DNA from: Nitrospinota bacterium
Lineage (GTDB): Bacteria; Nitrospinota_A; UBA7883
NCBI GenBank assembly: GCA_965223725.1
Contig: CBDCXE010000005.1
Location: forward strand, 448,809-512,808
DNA length: 64,000 bases
Reading direction: 5' to 3'
This document shows, piece after piece, positions 30,742 to 39,776 of the stretch. Every line of letters starts with the position of its first letter. Position 1 is the first letter of the stretch. A program made the position numbers and the translations under genes. The notes beneath the pieces are model-generated. The model searched no databases. It saw nothing but the letters and a program-made list of their open reading frames with translations, and was not told the origin of the DNA.

Positions 30742-31625
30742 GACAGAGACGGCCTTTCGGTAATCGTGACGGAATGGCGCTGCTGATGACTGTGATTATC
30801 GTCGCCCTGCTCACTATCGTCACCAGCGATTATTTTTATGAAACATGGATACAATCTGCGCTGGCTGTTGGCTATCGGGATGACACAAAAGCGTTATACG
30901 CGGCCAAGTCGGGGCAGGAAGCGGCGAAACTACAATTGATAAAGAAACCGATGGTCGGGATGCTGCCTGTCCCTATAGAGGGTGAATACGCCTTCGTGAC
31001 CATGGCTGACGAGTCGGGCAAAATCAACCTGAACAACCTGACCGACCAGAAGAACTATAAGGTCGAATTCTGGGTAGGTGTTTTCAAACGACTGCTGAAA
31101 AGACTTGAGTTGGATAGCGACTTGGCCGGCGCCATGGTCGATTGGCTGGATAAAAATTCCAATGTAGAGCAGGGCGGCGCCGAGGATGGCTATTACCTCT
31201 CCTTGAAAAAACCGTATAGGGCCAAAAACGGAAAGCTCGATTCGCTGGATGAAATTTACAATATAAAGGGATTCACACCAAAAGTCGTCTCGAAGCTCCG
31301 CAAATATATAACCGTCTGGTCGGCTGGCTCGGCAAAGGTTAATATCAACACGGTGGAGCCGGAGGCGTTGCTGGCGCTGGATGATGGTATGACCGTCGGT
31401 ATGGTAAAAGAGATTGTCAACGCCCGCCCGTTTAAAAGCATTGCGTCTATAAAGAGGTTTGTGGGTGCGGGTAAAATTTACGCTAATATTACGCAATACA
31501 TTGATGTAAAAGGAAGCGCATACTCTGTCGAATCGACAGCCACCTTCGGTGAATCCACCCGGACCATTCGTGCGGTTTACAACCCCGGTTTGATTTCAGA
31601 GCCGCTATATTACAAGGTTTTCTAA
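30738..31625 (+). CDS. gspK: Minor pseudopilin GspK-like
   Basis: An N-terminal hydrophobic segment is followed by a C-terminal tandem helix-hairpin-helix-like region typical of GspK (NINTVEPEALLALDDGMTVGMVKEIV). Confidence 0.8.
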   Translation: MRQRRPFGNRDGMALLMTVIIVALLTIVTSDYFYETWIQSALAVGYRDDTKALYAAKSGQEAAKLQLIKKPMVGMLPVPIEGEYAFVTMADESGKINLNNLTDQKNYKVEFWVGVFKRLLKRLELDSDLAGAMVDWLDKNSNVEQGGAEDGYYLSLKKPYRAKNGKLDSLDEIYNIKGFTPKVVSKLRKYITVWSAGSAKVNINTVEPEALLALDDGMTVGMVKEIVNARPFKSIASIKRFVGAGKIYANITQYIDVKGSAYSVESTATFGESTRTIRAVYNPGLISEPLYYKVF

Positions 31626-33055
31626 TGATATTTGCAATTAAAGCAGAAAGCGATCTAGTGAAAATCGCTGTCACCCGCAAAGGGTTTCAGGGAGATTCGA
31701 TAGAGAAGCTGACCCGCAAGCGAATAGATGATGGAGACTTGTCATCCACTGTCAAGGAAGCGCTGACGGCCCTCGGTTACAGCCGGGAAAACGATCGTGT
31801 GATTCTGGTAATACCTTCTGACTTGCTGACGTCTAGGATGCTGACCATGCCGCTGACCAAACGATCACAGATTATGGAGGCGCTGCCTTTTGAGATTGAA
31901 TCGGCCACACCATTCGATGCGGAAGAGATCATTTGTGGATACCTGCCGGTAGAGCCGGTTGACAGTGGTACCCGCCTGCTTGCTATCGTAGTCAGGAAAA
32001 ATGATATGGAAACCTTTCTGGAGCCCTATATTGCGGCTGGGATTCGACCAGACATGGTTTTGCCGGAGCCGCTGGTTGTCGCTTCGGTGCAGAGCGCTAT
32101 TCCTGAAAACCCGCGTGGCAGTATAATTATTTTCGTAGGATTAAAAAAACAATCATCGTATATAACGGCTGTCAGTGGTTCAAAGCCGGTCTCATTCCAC
32201 ACCTTGCCATTAACAGAAGGTTCGACTGCCGAGCAACAAGCGCTGGAAGTGAAGCGAACTGTCATGTCGTTGCAGAAGAATGACCCGGAAGCTGTATTGA
32301 ATAGGGTGTCGATAGTGACTTCCAGTAAAAACAATCCATTAATCTTTGAACTTAAAAGGCTGCTTAAAGTGGATGTTGATCAAATGGATCTACCGATTAA
32401 CGTTGCCATTGAGGATATGGATGATGGCGCTGCGCTGCCGGAGGCGCAATTTCTGGACGTGGCTGGCGCCGCTATGATGGCGATGGAGCGGCGGGCGGAC
32501 AATATAGTAAACCTCCGGCCAGGTGGGCGAGGGCGGTTAACAGGAATCTCCGGCTCCAGGACGCAACTGATGATGACCGGTATTCTGCTCCTGCTGGTTC
32601 TGTTGGTGTGGGGCATCTCGCATTTCAGCGAGCAAATGAGAATCGACAACCGATATCAAAGCTTGAAAGACGGGATACGGGCGGAGTTTAACAAAGCGTT
32701 GCCAAACGTTACAAATGTTGTTGATGAGACCCAGCAGTTAAAAAACGCGCTGAAAAAAATTGAGAATAAATCAAAAATGCTAGGATCCCTTACTGATGAA
32801 GGGGATCCGTTTCTGGATCGATTCCTCGATATTACCAATGCTGTGCCAGAGAACGCGCGGCTCGATGTGGATGAGCTGGTTTATGAGCCAGGGAGCATGA
32901 TAATCTCTGGCAGAACCGGGTCGTTTGAAAAGGTAGATAAACTTAAAAAGAATATCGATAATTTATCCTGGACCAATAAAGTATCGGTAACCAAGGCGAA
33001 GGCAGGTATCACCGCTGGTGAAGTGAGCTTTCGCCTGGAGGCCAAGCTGCAATAG
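31625..33055 (+). CDS. gspL: Type II secretion protein L-like (cytoplasmic actin-like domain, TM segment, periplasmic domain)
   Basis: 476 aa with one central TM segment (LLLVLLVWGI) and a PilN/GspL-like periplasmic C-terminus. Placement follows operon order. Confidence 0.7.
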   Translation: MIFAIKAESDLVKIAVTRKGFQGDSIEKLTRKRIDDGDLSSTVKEALTALGYSRENDRVILVIPSDLLTSRMLTMPLTKRSQIMEALPFEIESATPFDAEEIICGYLPVEPVDSGTRLLAIVVRKNDMETFLEPYIAAGIRPDMVLPEPLVVASVQSAIPENPRGSIIIFVGLKKQSSYITAVSGSKPVSFHTLPLTEGSTAEQQALEVKRTVMSLQKNDPEAVLNRVSIVTSSKNNPLIFELKRLLKVDVDQMDLPINVAIEDMDDGAALPEAQFLDVAGAAMMAMERRADNIVNLRPGGRGRLTGISGSRTQLMMTGILLLLVLLVWGISHFSEQMRIDNRYQSLKDGIRAEFNKALPNVTNVVDETQQLKNALKKIENKSKMLGSLTDEGDPFLDRFLDITNAVPENARLDVDELVYEPGSMIISGRTGSFEKVDKLKKNIDNLSWTNKVSVTKAKAGITAGEVSFRLEAKLQ

Positions 33056-33603
33056 TGAACGCTATGAATCTAAAAAACATATCGTACCGGGAAAAAATAA
33101 TTGGCGCAGTGGCGGCCGCTTTTATTATCGTTACTATCCTTTGGCTGGGGGTATATGAGCCCGCTGTAGAAAGAAGCGAAACCATGACGCTCAAACTGGA
33201 AGCAAAGGAACGGGAGTTGACGGAAGTAAAGGGCCTTTCAAAAAGATATATGGAGGTCAGGAGCAGGCTCAACGTTTTTGAGAACAAACTAAAGACTCAA
33301 ACAAAGGGCTTTTCTTCCCTGGCCGTTATGGAGAGCCTGGCGAAAAACGCGGGTGTCCAGAATAATGTATCGTACATGGCGCCACGCTCGCCCGTGGCGC
33401 TGGAGGGGTATCGGGAGCTGCCAGTGGAACTGCGGTTGAAGCAGATATCATTGGGCAAATTGATCAGCTTTTTAAAGGCGGCCAAGGCATCTGGTAATTA
33501 TCTACGTGTTAAGCGCATCGCGGTCAAACCGCAGTATGAAAACCAGGAGTTGCTGGATGTATCGATATCGATCGCCGGTTATGAGAAGGCAGGGCCGCAG
33601 TGA
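33055..33603 (+). CDS. gspM: Type II secretion protein M-like
   Basis: 182 aa with a single N-terminal TM segment and a PilO/GspM-like periplasmic region. Confidence 0.65.
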   Translation: MNAMNLKNISYREKIIGAVAAAFIIVTILWLGVYEPAVERSETMTLKLEAKERELTEVKGLSKRYMEVRSRLNVFENKLKTQTKGFSSLAVMESLAKNAGVQNNVSYMAPRSPVALEGYRELPVELRLKQISLGKLISFLKAAKASGNYLRVKRIAVKPQYENQELLDVSISIAGYEKAGPQ

Positions 33604-34493
33604 GCGATAGCAAGTTTTCCCCTGTCATGGATGGGTCGTTACCAAGAATATTATGTTATCTGCTGGCGCTGGCGCTGGTGACATTGCTGTTCATATACAT
33701 CCGGTTCCCCCATGATGAGCTGAAGCATTTTGTTGAACGAAGCTCCAGACTGGGGCCTGTGGCTGTCGAAATAGGTGATGCCAGACTGGCATTCCCGCTT
33801 GGCCTTTCGCTGTCGAATGTGACCTTGAGTGACCCATATGTAGAGAAAGCTGGTGAGATAGTTGCCATAGAATATTTAAATTTCCGGCCTTCCATCCTCT
33901 ACGCCATTGTCGGCAAGCGGTTTGCCACATTTTATGCGGATACATTAAGTGGAGTTGCTTCCGCCGATGTAGAACTGGCAGGGGATGACTATGAGACCAC
34001 ACGACTCGAGTTTCAGATGGATGAACTGGATCCGGCCGAAGGAATGTGGTGGAAGAACTTTCCGTGGGCCAGGCTGAGCGGAATAGTAGATGGAGAGGGC
34101 GAATTTACCATCACTGGACAAGATATAAGGGGAGGGGCAGGATGGCTAAAAGCTTTGCTATCTGAAGGAGTTTTGACATTTGGCCCGGCGCTGGTGGTGG
34201 CTGTGCCGCCGGTTAGCATTGATTCTGGTGTGCTGGAGATTGATTATAAATCTGCTCGGGCGACCATTAAAAAAGGAGAATTTGCTGGCAAGGACGCTGA
34301 AGCAATAGTAACCGGCTTTGTGGATGTGGCGAAAAACCCACGATTTTCCCGCTTGAATTTAAAAGTGAACCTGAAACTTTCTGATTCGTATCGAGATAAG
34401 CTGGGGCCGCTTGAAATGCTTTTGCCCCAAAGCCAGAATGGCTATATGGTATTCCAAATAAGAGGGACGTTCGCCCACCCTGGCATAGGGTAG
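33600..34493 (+). CDS. gspN: Type II secretion protein N
   Basis: 297 aa with an N-terminal TM segment. The distal position in the operon and the sequence character are typical of GspN. Confidence 0.7.
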   Translation: MSDSKFSPVMDGSLPRILCYLLALALVTLLFIYIRFPHDELKHFVERSSRLGPVAVEIGDARLAFPLGLSLSNVTLSDPYVEKAGEIVAIEYLNFRPSILYAIVGKRFATFYADTLSGVASADVELAGDDYETTRLEFQMDELDPAEGMWWKNFPWARLSGIVDGEGEFTITGQDIRGGAGWLKALLSEGVLTFGPALVVAVPPVSIDSGVLEIDYKSARATIKKGEFAGKDAEAIVTGFVDVAKNPRFSRLNLKVNLKLSDSYRDKLGPLEMLLPQSQNGYMVFQIRGTFAHPGIG

Positions 34494-34716
34494 TCAGGCT
34501 TAGTAAATATTATTAAAATAATACTAAGAAAATAATATCATCACACATAATTGCCGACTATTAAGGCTATTGTAACAGTATTTTGCATTAGGATAGTTAG
34601 CTTTAAAGTCTTCTACAAAAGCGAACATCATGTTAAAATAAAAGATGGGGAGCTAGCTAGAAGTATTGTTAATAGAGACCACGAAAAACAACAGTTATTA
34701 AAATGGGGAAATTTCT

Positions 34717-35325
34717 ATGCTCCACACAGGACAAAGCATAACCCTGGAGTATGATGAAGTAGCGCATAAATCAACATTACGCGGCTGGAAATGGGGGAAA
34801 TACTTCCTGGTTGACCTGCCTGTTGAAGCAAAACAACAAATGTCCGCCGGTGTATCTGTGAAGCTCATAGTATTTGGACGGGGCTCCAGCATCGAAATAA
34901 TTACACGATGCAGCTCTGTGCTAAAAGAGGTGAAGCTGTCGGTGCTTCACTTTCCTGAAGAGATGAGCGCCAGCTACAATCGGAAAAATGACCGGTTCAA
35001 TATAACGATACCTATGACGATAACCGTCGAACGGGACGGTAAGACAATCGAGGAAAAAGGTGTGGTTACAAACCTGGGCAAGGGGGGGTGCCGCATAGCC
35101 ACCACCAGAAAACTGATGAACGGTGAGAAAGTTGTTCTGAATGTCAAGTTCCCCACGGACAAGGGGACAAACGAATTGCCAGGCGTCATTCGTACCTCCA
35201 ATAGCGAAACCGGGAGCAATTGGTATAGTCTGGAATTCGACGCCCTGGACGACAAATCGATGGGGCTGATAAATACATTTTTGAGTCAAATAGAAGAGTA
35301 TTATCAAACGGAGCGCCTGCTATGA
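34717..35325 (+). CDS. PilZ-domain (c-di-GMP-binding) protein, YcgR-like
   Basis: RKNDR (RxxxR) is followed by NLGKGG (a variant of the D/NxSxxG PilZ motif). A PilZN-like region lies N-terminal to it. Confidence 0.7.
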   Translation: MLHTGQSITLEYDEVAHKSTLRGWKWGKYFLVDLPVEAKQQMSAGVSVKLIVFGRGSSIEIITRCSSVLKEVKLSVLHFPEEMSASYNRKNDRFNITIPMTITVERDGKTIEEKGVVTNLGKGGCRIATTRKLMNGEKVVLNVKFPTDKGTNELPGVIRTSNSETGSNWYSLEFDALDDKSMGLINTFLSQIEEYYQTERLL

Positions 35326-35978
35326 TCGAAAACGATTTAAAACTGGACCTGCCGATAGGTGAGTTTTGCCAGCTGGAAATTAACAATTCGATCTACAGGT
35401 CTGTCTTTCGTGGCGATAAACCGTTTGAGTATGTGATGGTGGATGCGCCCCATAATGATTCCGGCATCGAGGATATCGCCCCGGATACACGCTTTGTAAT
35501 TCGCTTTATTCGGAATGGGATGATTTACGGTTTTGAAACCTCTATATTACAAATATATGAGGAGTCTGTTTTCCTGTGGATCACGAAATATCCAGAAGCG
35601 ATCGACAGCCTCAGCCTGAGGAGAACTCCGCGGGTTTCTACATTGTTAATGTCGGAAATACGCAACGATAGTTCATACCTCGCTGGCGCGATAATCGACC
35701 TGAGCGAAGATGGATGTTTGATGGCAACGGATGAATCGTGGTTCCAAAAGGGCGAGAAATGTGTTATCAGCGTCCAGCTACCCATCTCGGATGAGCCGGC
35801 CCTGCTGTCGTGCATAATAAAAAACGTTACCAAGAAAAACAATAAATACCATGTGGGTATGTCGTTTCTTATCGATGGCATAGGTTCCTACACTTTGATA
35901 CGGCACTATTATCATGAATGCCTGCTGGATGGGGAAACACCGCCGCAGGATATGGCAGACACCCAGGAAGAAGTTTGA
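35322..35978 (+). CDS. PilZ-domain (c-di-GMP-binding) protein, second tandem copy
   Basis: RRTPR (RxxxR) and DLSEDG (DxSxxG) are canonical PilZ motifs. It overlaps the preceding PilZ gene by 4 nt. Confidence 0.7.
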   Translation: MIENDLKLDLPIGEFCQLEINNSIYRSVFRGDKPFEYVMVDAPHNDSGIEDIAPDTRFVIRFIRNGMIYGFETSILQIYEESVFLWITKYPEAIDSLSLRRTPRVSTLLMSEIRNDSSYLAGAIIDLSEDGCLMATDESWFQKGEKCVISVQLPISDEPALLSCIIKNVTKKNNKYHVGMSFLIDGIGSYTLIRHYYHECLLDGETPPQDMADTQEEV

Positions 35979-36095
35979 CCAGGGTGCGCATTCCACAAAT
36001 ATACGAGCCCGGCCATATTGAAAATTTAACGAAACTATCACTGTTCCAGCTATAATAATTACTTACATCCATGATAATTTTGTGAGCGGTTTACA

Positions 36096-36908
36096 GTGAA
36101 ATTTCTTTTAAAAGCGATCCTCCTGGTTTCAGCCGCAGCCATATTTTCCAATATAATTTCAAGCGGCCTGACCCCGGTCGGCGTAAAGCCATCCAAGGTA
36201 TCCAATGTCACCGAAACTCCAGAGCAGAAAGCCTCGAGAATTTTGCAAAAGGTTGACGATTTATGGCGAGGCAAATCATCCCATGGCGTCATATCGATGA
36301 CTGTAAAAACGGAACATTATGAAAGATCGATGCGGATGGAGGCTTGGTCCAAAGGGAAGAATCAGTCGCTGGTCATTATCCGCGATCCGCTTAAAGAGCG
36401 GGGGACCGCAACGCTGAAATCTGATACCAGCATATATTCATACCTGCCCAAAACTGACCGTACGATCAGGCTGACCGCCGGGATGATGATGAGCTCCTGG
36501 ATGGGGAGCCATTTTACAAACGACGACCTGGTGAAGGAATCTAGATTATCCGAGGATTACATTGCTGAAATATCGTTTGAAGGTAAAAAAAATGATGTGT
36601 CGGTTTTGGAGTTTACCTTGCTTCCAAAACCTGACGCGGCGGTTGTCTGGGGCAAAATCACGATGACTGTGAGGGAAGCTGATTTAATACCATTGACCTC
36701 CACATACTTTGATGAGGAGATGCAGATTGCCCGCACGATGACTTTTGCTGAAGCCATGGTGATGGGGGGGCGCCTGTTTCCCACCGTACTGAAGGTCACG
36801 CCGGAAGATAAACCTGGAGAGTATACAAAATTGATTTACGAGAAAATGGAATTCGACCTGGAACTGCAAGAATCGTTTTTCTCTATCGCGCAACTTAAAC
36901 GAAAATAG
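36096..36908 (+). CDS. LolA-like periplasmic outer-membrane lipoprotein-sorting family protein
   Basis: It has a signal peptide, MKFLLKAILLVSAAAIFS. Its roughly 250-aa LolA-like fold family is commonly encoded beside FtsX-type permeases, which is the context here. Confidence 0.55.
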   Translation: MKFLLKAILLVSAAAIFSNIISSGLTPVGVKPSKVSNVTETPEQKASRILQKVDDLWRGKSSHGVISMTVKTEHYERSMRMEAWSKGKNQSLVIIRDPLKERGTATLKSDTSIYSYLPKTDRTIRLTAGMMMSSWMGSHFTNDDLVKESRLSEDYIAEISFEGKKNDVSVLEFTLLPKPDAAVVWGKITMTVREADLIPLTSTYFDEEMQIARTMTFAEAMVMGGRLFPTVLKVTPEDKPGEYTKLIYEKMEFDLELQESFFSIAQLKRK

Positions 36909-36921
36909 CAATTAGCGCCAA

Positions 36922-38154
36922 ATGAAAGTAGTTCCGTTTGCGTTTCGCAACATCGGCCGAAACCGTGACCGAGCCATCGTGACCCTCGGCGCCATGGCGT
37001 TGGCCGGCGCTATCATGATCTTCTATTCCTCGCTTATGGAAGGCTTTACCGACACCCTGGAGCGCAACATGGTGCGCATGAGCCTGGGCGACATACAGAT
37101 ACACCAGAAAGGGTACAGAGATGACCCGGATCTGTACAAACGCATCGAACAGCCAGACAAGGTCCTGGCCGGTCTTGCTGACATAGGCTTTCCCAACGCC
37201 GCGCCCAGGCTGTATGGGGCAGGGCTGGCCGCCACAGAGCTGACCTCCTCCGGCGTTGTCATCCGTGGTGTTGATATAGAACGCGAATCGAAGGTTACCC
37301 AGACCCACCTGCATCTTCTGGACGGGGAATGGTTAAATGACTCAGACCCCCACGGAGTGGTGATCGGAAGAAAACTGGCCAGAACACTGAATGTGAAAAT
37401 CGGCAATGAAATTATTATTGTAAGTCAAGCGGCGGATGGGTCGATGGCGAACGATCTTTACACGGTTCGAGGTATTTTAAAATCGATAGCCAGCGGAATT
37501 GACCAGGCAGGTTTCTATATGACAGAAGAAAGCTTCCGCGAGCTAATGGCCATGCCGGAGGGCGCCCATGAAATAGCAATCATCCGGGTCGATGGCGCGG
37601 AAAGCGTAGCCGTAGCTAAAGATAAAATTAAGGAAGTAAGCAAAGGGTTAGAGACCAAAAGCTGGCGGGAGCTGCAGCCGGTGATCGCCCGGTTGCTCGA
37701 TAACGCGGACGCTGGCAACATTATCATGCTATTGATAGTCTACGCTGCCATAGGGATGGTTACATTAAACGCCATGTTGATGAGTGTGTTCGAGAGGATA
37801 CGTGAATTTGGTATTATGAAGGCTGTGGGGGTAACGCCATGGCAAATAATGTTACTGGTGGTAGCCGAAGCGATTATACAGGCATTGATAGCATGCGTTC
37901 TGGCCCTTGTTGTCGCGCTTCCGCTCTCTTATTACTTCCAGACCCATGGTATCGACCTGTCCACCCTCTCCCACAGTGCGTCGCTGGGCACGGTGGGTGG
38001 TGTCGCGTTTGATCCAGTGTGGTATACAAGGGTCACCTGGTCGTCGGTCACCCAACCATTGCTTTTTCTGCTGCTGATAGTGGGGTTGGCGGTTATATAC
38101 CCCGGGGTAAAAGCGGCGGTAATAAAGCCTGTTAAGGCTATAACTTATATATAA
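36922..38154 (+). CDS. ABC transporter permease, FtsX/LolE/MacB-type (4 TM segments plus a large periplasmic domain); no ATPase is adjacent
   Basis: 410 aa. TM1 is followed by a roughly 200-aa periplasmic domain and a C-terminal FtsX domain (IMLLIVYAAIGMVTLNAMLMSVFERIREFGIMKAVG). Confidence 0.85.
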   Translation: MKVVPFAFRNIGRNRDRAIVTLGAMALAGAIMIFYSSLMEGFTDTLERNMVRMSLGDIQIHQKGYRDDPDLYKRIEQPDKVLAGLADIGFPNAAPRLYGAGLAATELTSSGVVIRGVDIERESKVTQTHLHLLDGEWLNDSDPHGVVIGRKLARTLNVKIGNEIIIVSQAADGSMANDLYTVRGILKSIASGIDQAGFYMTEESFRELMAMPEGAHEIAIIRVDGAESVAVAKDKIKEVSKGLETKSWRELQPVIARLLDNADAGNIIMLLIVYAAIGMVTLNAMLMSVFERIREFGIMKAVGVTPWQIMLLVVAEAIIQALIACVLALVVALPLSYYFQTHGIDLSTLSHSASLGTVGGVAFDPVWYTRVTWSSVTQPLLFLLLIVGLAVIYPGVKAAVIKPVKAITYI

Positions 38155-38189
38155 GTTTAAAATACTCTTTACTATCTGGACTCATGTCG

Positions 38190-38216
38190 TTACAATTGGT
38201 AACGGTACTCTATAAT
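38190..38216 (+). promoter_or_regulatory. Putative sigma70 promoter for the mtdA-like/B12/HK/RR operon
   Basis: ttacaa - 15 nt - tataat (perfect -10 at 38211-38216), about 25 nt upstream of the start at 38239. Confidence 0.35.
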
Positions 38217-38238
38217 AATCTAAATATAAAGGGAATTC

Positions 38239-39102
38239 ATGCGAAACCATCTATTTTTCTTATCGACCGATAAGCACGCCAGTCCATTTGATATCAATAT
38301 CGGCCTAGACGCAGGATTTGATGTCGTGATACCTTATATCAACGTTGTGGCAGAAGACGCCGGGGACCTGACGCGGGATGTAATATTTTCCCGTGGACCG
38401 AAAGGTTGCCCCCACTCCGGCATATTTATCGGTGGTTCTGATGTAGAGCTTTCCGAAGAGATTATGGATATCTGCTCCAAGTCGATATTCGAGCCTTTCA
38501 CAGTATCAATTTTCGCTGATCCACGGGGCGCCTACACCACAGCCGCTGCAATGGTTGCCAAGCTGAAAGCTGGCGCAGACACTCTGGAAGGCAAAAAGGT
38601 GTGCGTATTTGGTGGCACCGGTCCGGTGGGTCGCATCGCCGCTGTCCATCTCGCCAATGAAAAAGCTGATGTTTCGATTGTCACTTCCCGAACAGCGGAG
38701 GCTGGGCGCGAAGCGGCGGAGAAGATTTCCAAATCCTACGGGATCAAATTAGGCTCGGCGGCAGCTACGAGTGAAGAAGAGAGGCTCGCGATAATAGAAT
38801 CGAACGATATAGCAGTGGCCTCGGTTAAAGCCGGAGTTCAAATTTTAAGCCATGACGCCCTAAAATCGGTGAAAACCAAAACCGTGATTGCAGATGTCAA
38901 CGCCACTCCTCCTATCAGTTTCGAAGGACTGGATTCTGGTGATGACAACAAACAGATTACCGACAATGTCACCGGTGTTGGCGCTTTGGCCATTGGGGTA
39001 GTAAAATACAAAACACAAGTGGAGATATACAAGGCCATGCTTGCAGATAAAATAACCGTGAGTTACAAAGAAGCCTATGACATCGCCAAAACCCTGGTCT
39101 GA
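38239..39102 (+). CDS. NAD(P)-dependent methylene-tetrahydromethanopterin/tetrahydrofolate dehydrogenase, MtdA/MtdB family
   Basis: 287 aa. The blocks FDINIGLDAGFDVV, IFIGGSDVELSEE and TTAAAMVAKLKAG...GKKVCVFGGTGPVGRIAAVHLANEKADVSIV align with recalled MtdA of methylotrophs (FDVVVGYDGGADHI.., IFVGGGDM.., TTAAAGVALVVKA..GKKAVVLAGTGPVG..). Confidence 0.7.
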   Translation: MRNHLFFLSTDKHASPFDINIGLDAGFDVVIPYINVVAEDAGDLTRDVIFSRGPKGCPHSGIFIGGSDVELSEEIMDICSKSIFEPFTVSIFADPRGAYTTAAAMVAKLKAGADTLEGKKVCVFGGTGPVGRIAAVHLANEKADVSIVTSRTAEAGREAAEKISKSYGIKLGSAAATSEEERLAIIESNDIAVASVKAGVQILSHDALKSVKTKTVIADVNATPPISFEGLDSGDDNKQITDNVTGVGALAIGVVKYKTQVEIYKAMLADKITVSYKEAYDIAKTLV

Positions 39103-39775
39103 ACCTGACCTGGTAGACACCGAGCTTCTGGAGATATTGAGAAACGGTGTTGTAGAATTTGATGAGTCGACTGTTGTGTCGGTCTGTCAAACAATCGTCG
39201 ACCGGAGAATGGACGCCTATATGGCCATATTCGAAGGTCTTGTGGCGGGTATGGACGAGGTTGGTCGTCTGTTTGATCTGAAGGAATATTTCGTTCCGGA
39301 GTTGTTGATGAGCGCGGACACACTATATGCCGGGCTCGATATTTTGCGGCCCCATGTCATTGATGAAATAGGCTCCAAAAAGGACAAGGGCGAGGTCGTA
39401 ATCGGCGCCATTGAAGGCGACATACACGATATTGGCAAAAATATGCTCAAAATGGTGTTCGATGTCGCTGGGTATACCATTCATGATATGGGGTGTGATG
39501 TGGCGATACCCCGCTTTCTGAAAAAGATTCGGAACACCAAGTCTCCACTGGTTTGCATTTCTGTCACGATGACAACATGCTTTCGTCGAGTGAATGATCT
39601 TGTGAAGGGCATCAGGCAAGAAGCGCCTGATACGATAATCATGATAGGGGGAGCCTCTATAAATGAAGATTCCATGATAGAACTGGGAGGGGATGGAACA
39701 GCGGAAAACGCACATCAGGCCTTGAGCAGAGCAATATCGCTGTTGGAAGCGTTCCATACTGTCAGGAGCTATTGA
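39077..39775 (+). CDS. Cobalamin (B12)-binding domain protein, AerR/PpaA-like or methyltransferase-corrinoid-protein-like
   Basis: 232 aa with an N-terminal helical B12-binding_2 domain. GAIEGDIHDIGKNM is the DxHxxG B12-ligand motif, followed by a Rossmann-like B12-binding domain. Confidence 0.8.
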   Translation: MTSPKPWSEPDLVDTELLEILRNGVVEFDESTVVSVCQTIVDRRMDAYMAIFEGLVAGMDEVGRLFDLKEYFVPELLMSADTLYAGLDILRPHVIDEIGSKKDKGEVVIGAIEGDIHDIGKNMLKMVFDVAGYTIHDMGCDVAIPRFLKKIRNTKSPLVCISVTMTTCFRRVNDLVKGIRQEAPDTIIMIGGASINEDSMIELGGDGTAENAHQALSRAISLLEAFHTVRSY

Positions 39776-39776
39776 A

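Noticed and set aside
34494-34716. Inverted repeat cttagta...tactaag after gspN, considered as an operon terminator
   Set aside because: It has a 7-bp stem with a long AT-rich loop and no U-tract. It is more likely just AT-rich promoter DNA for the PilZ genes.
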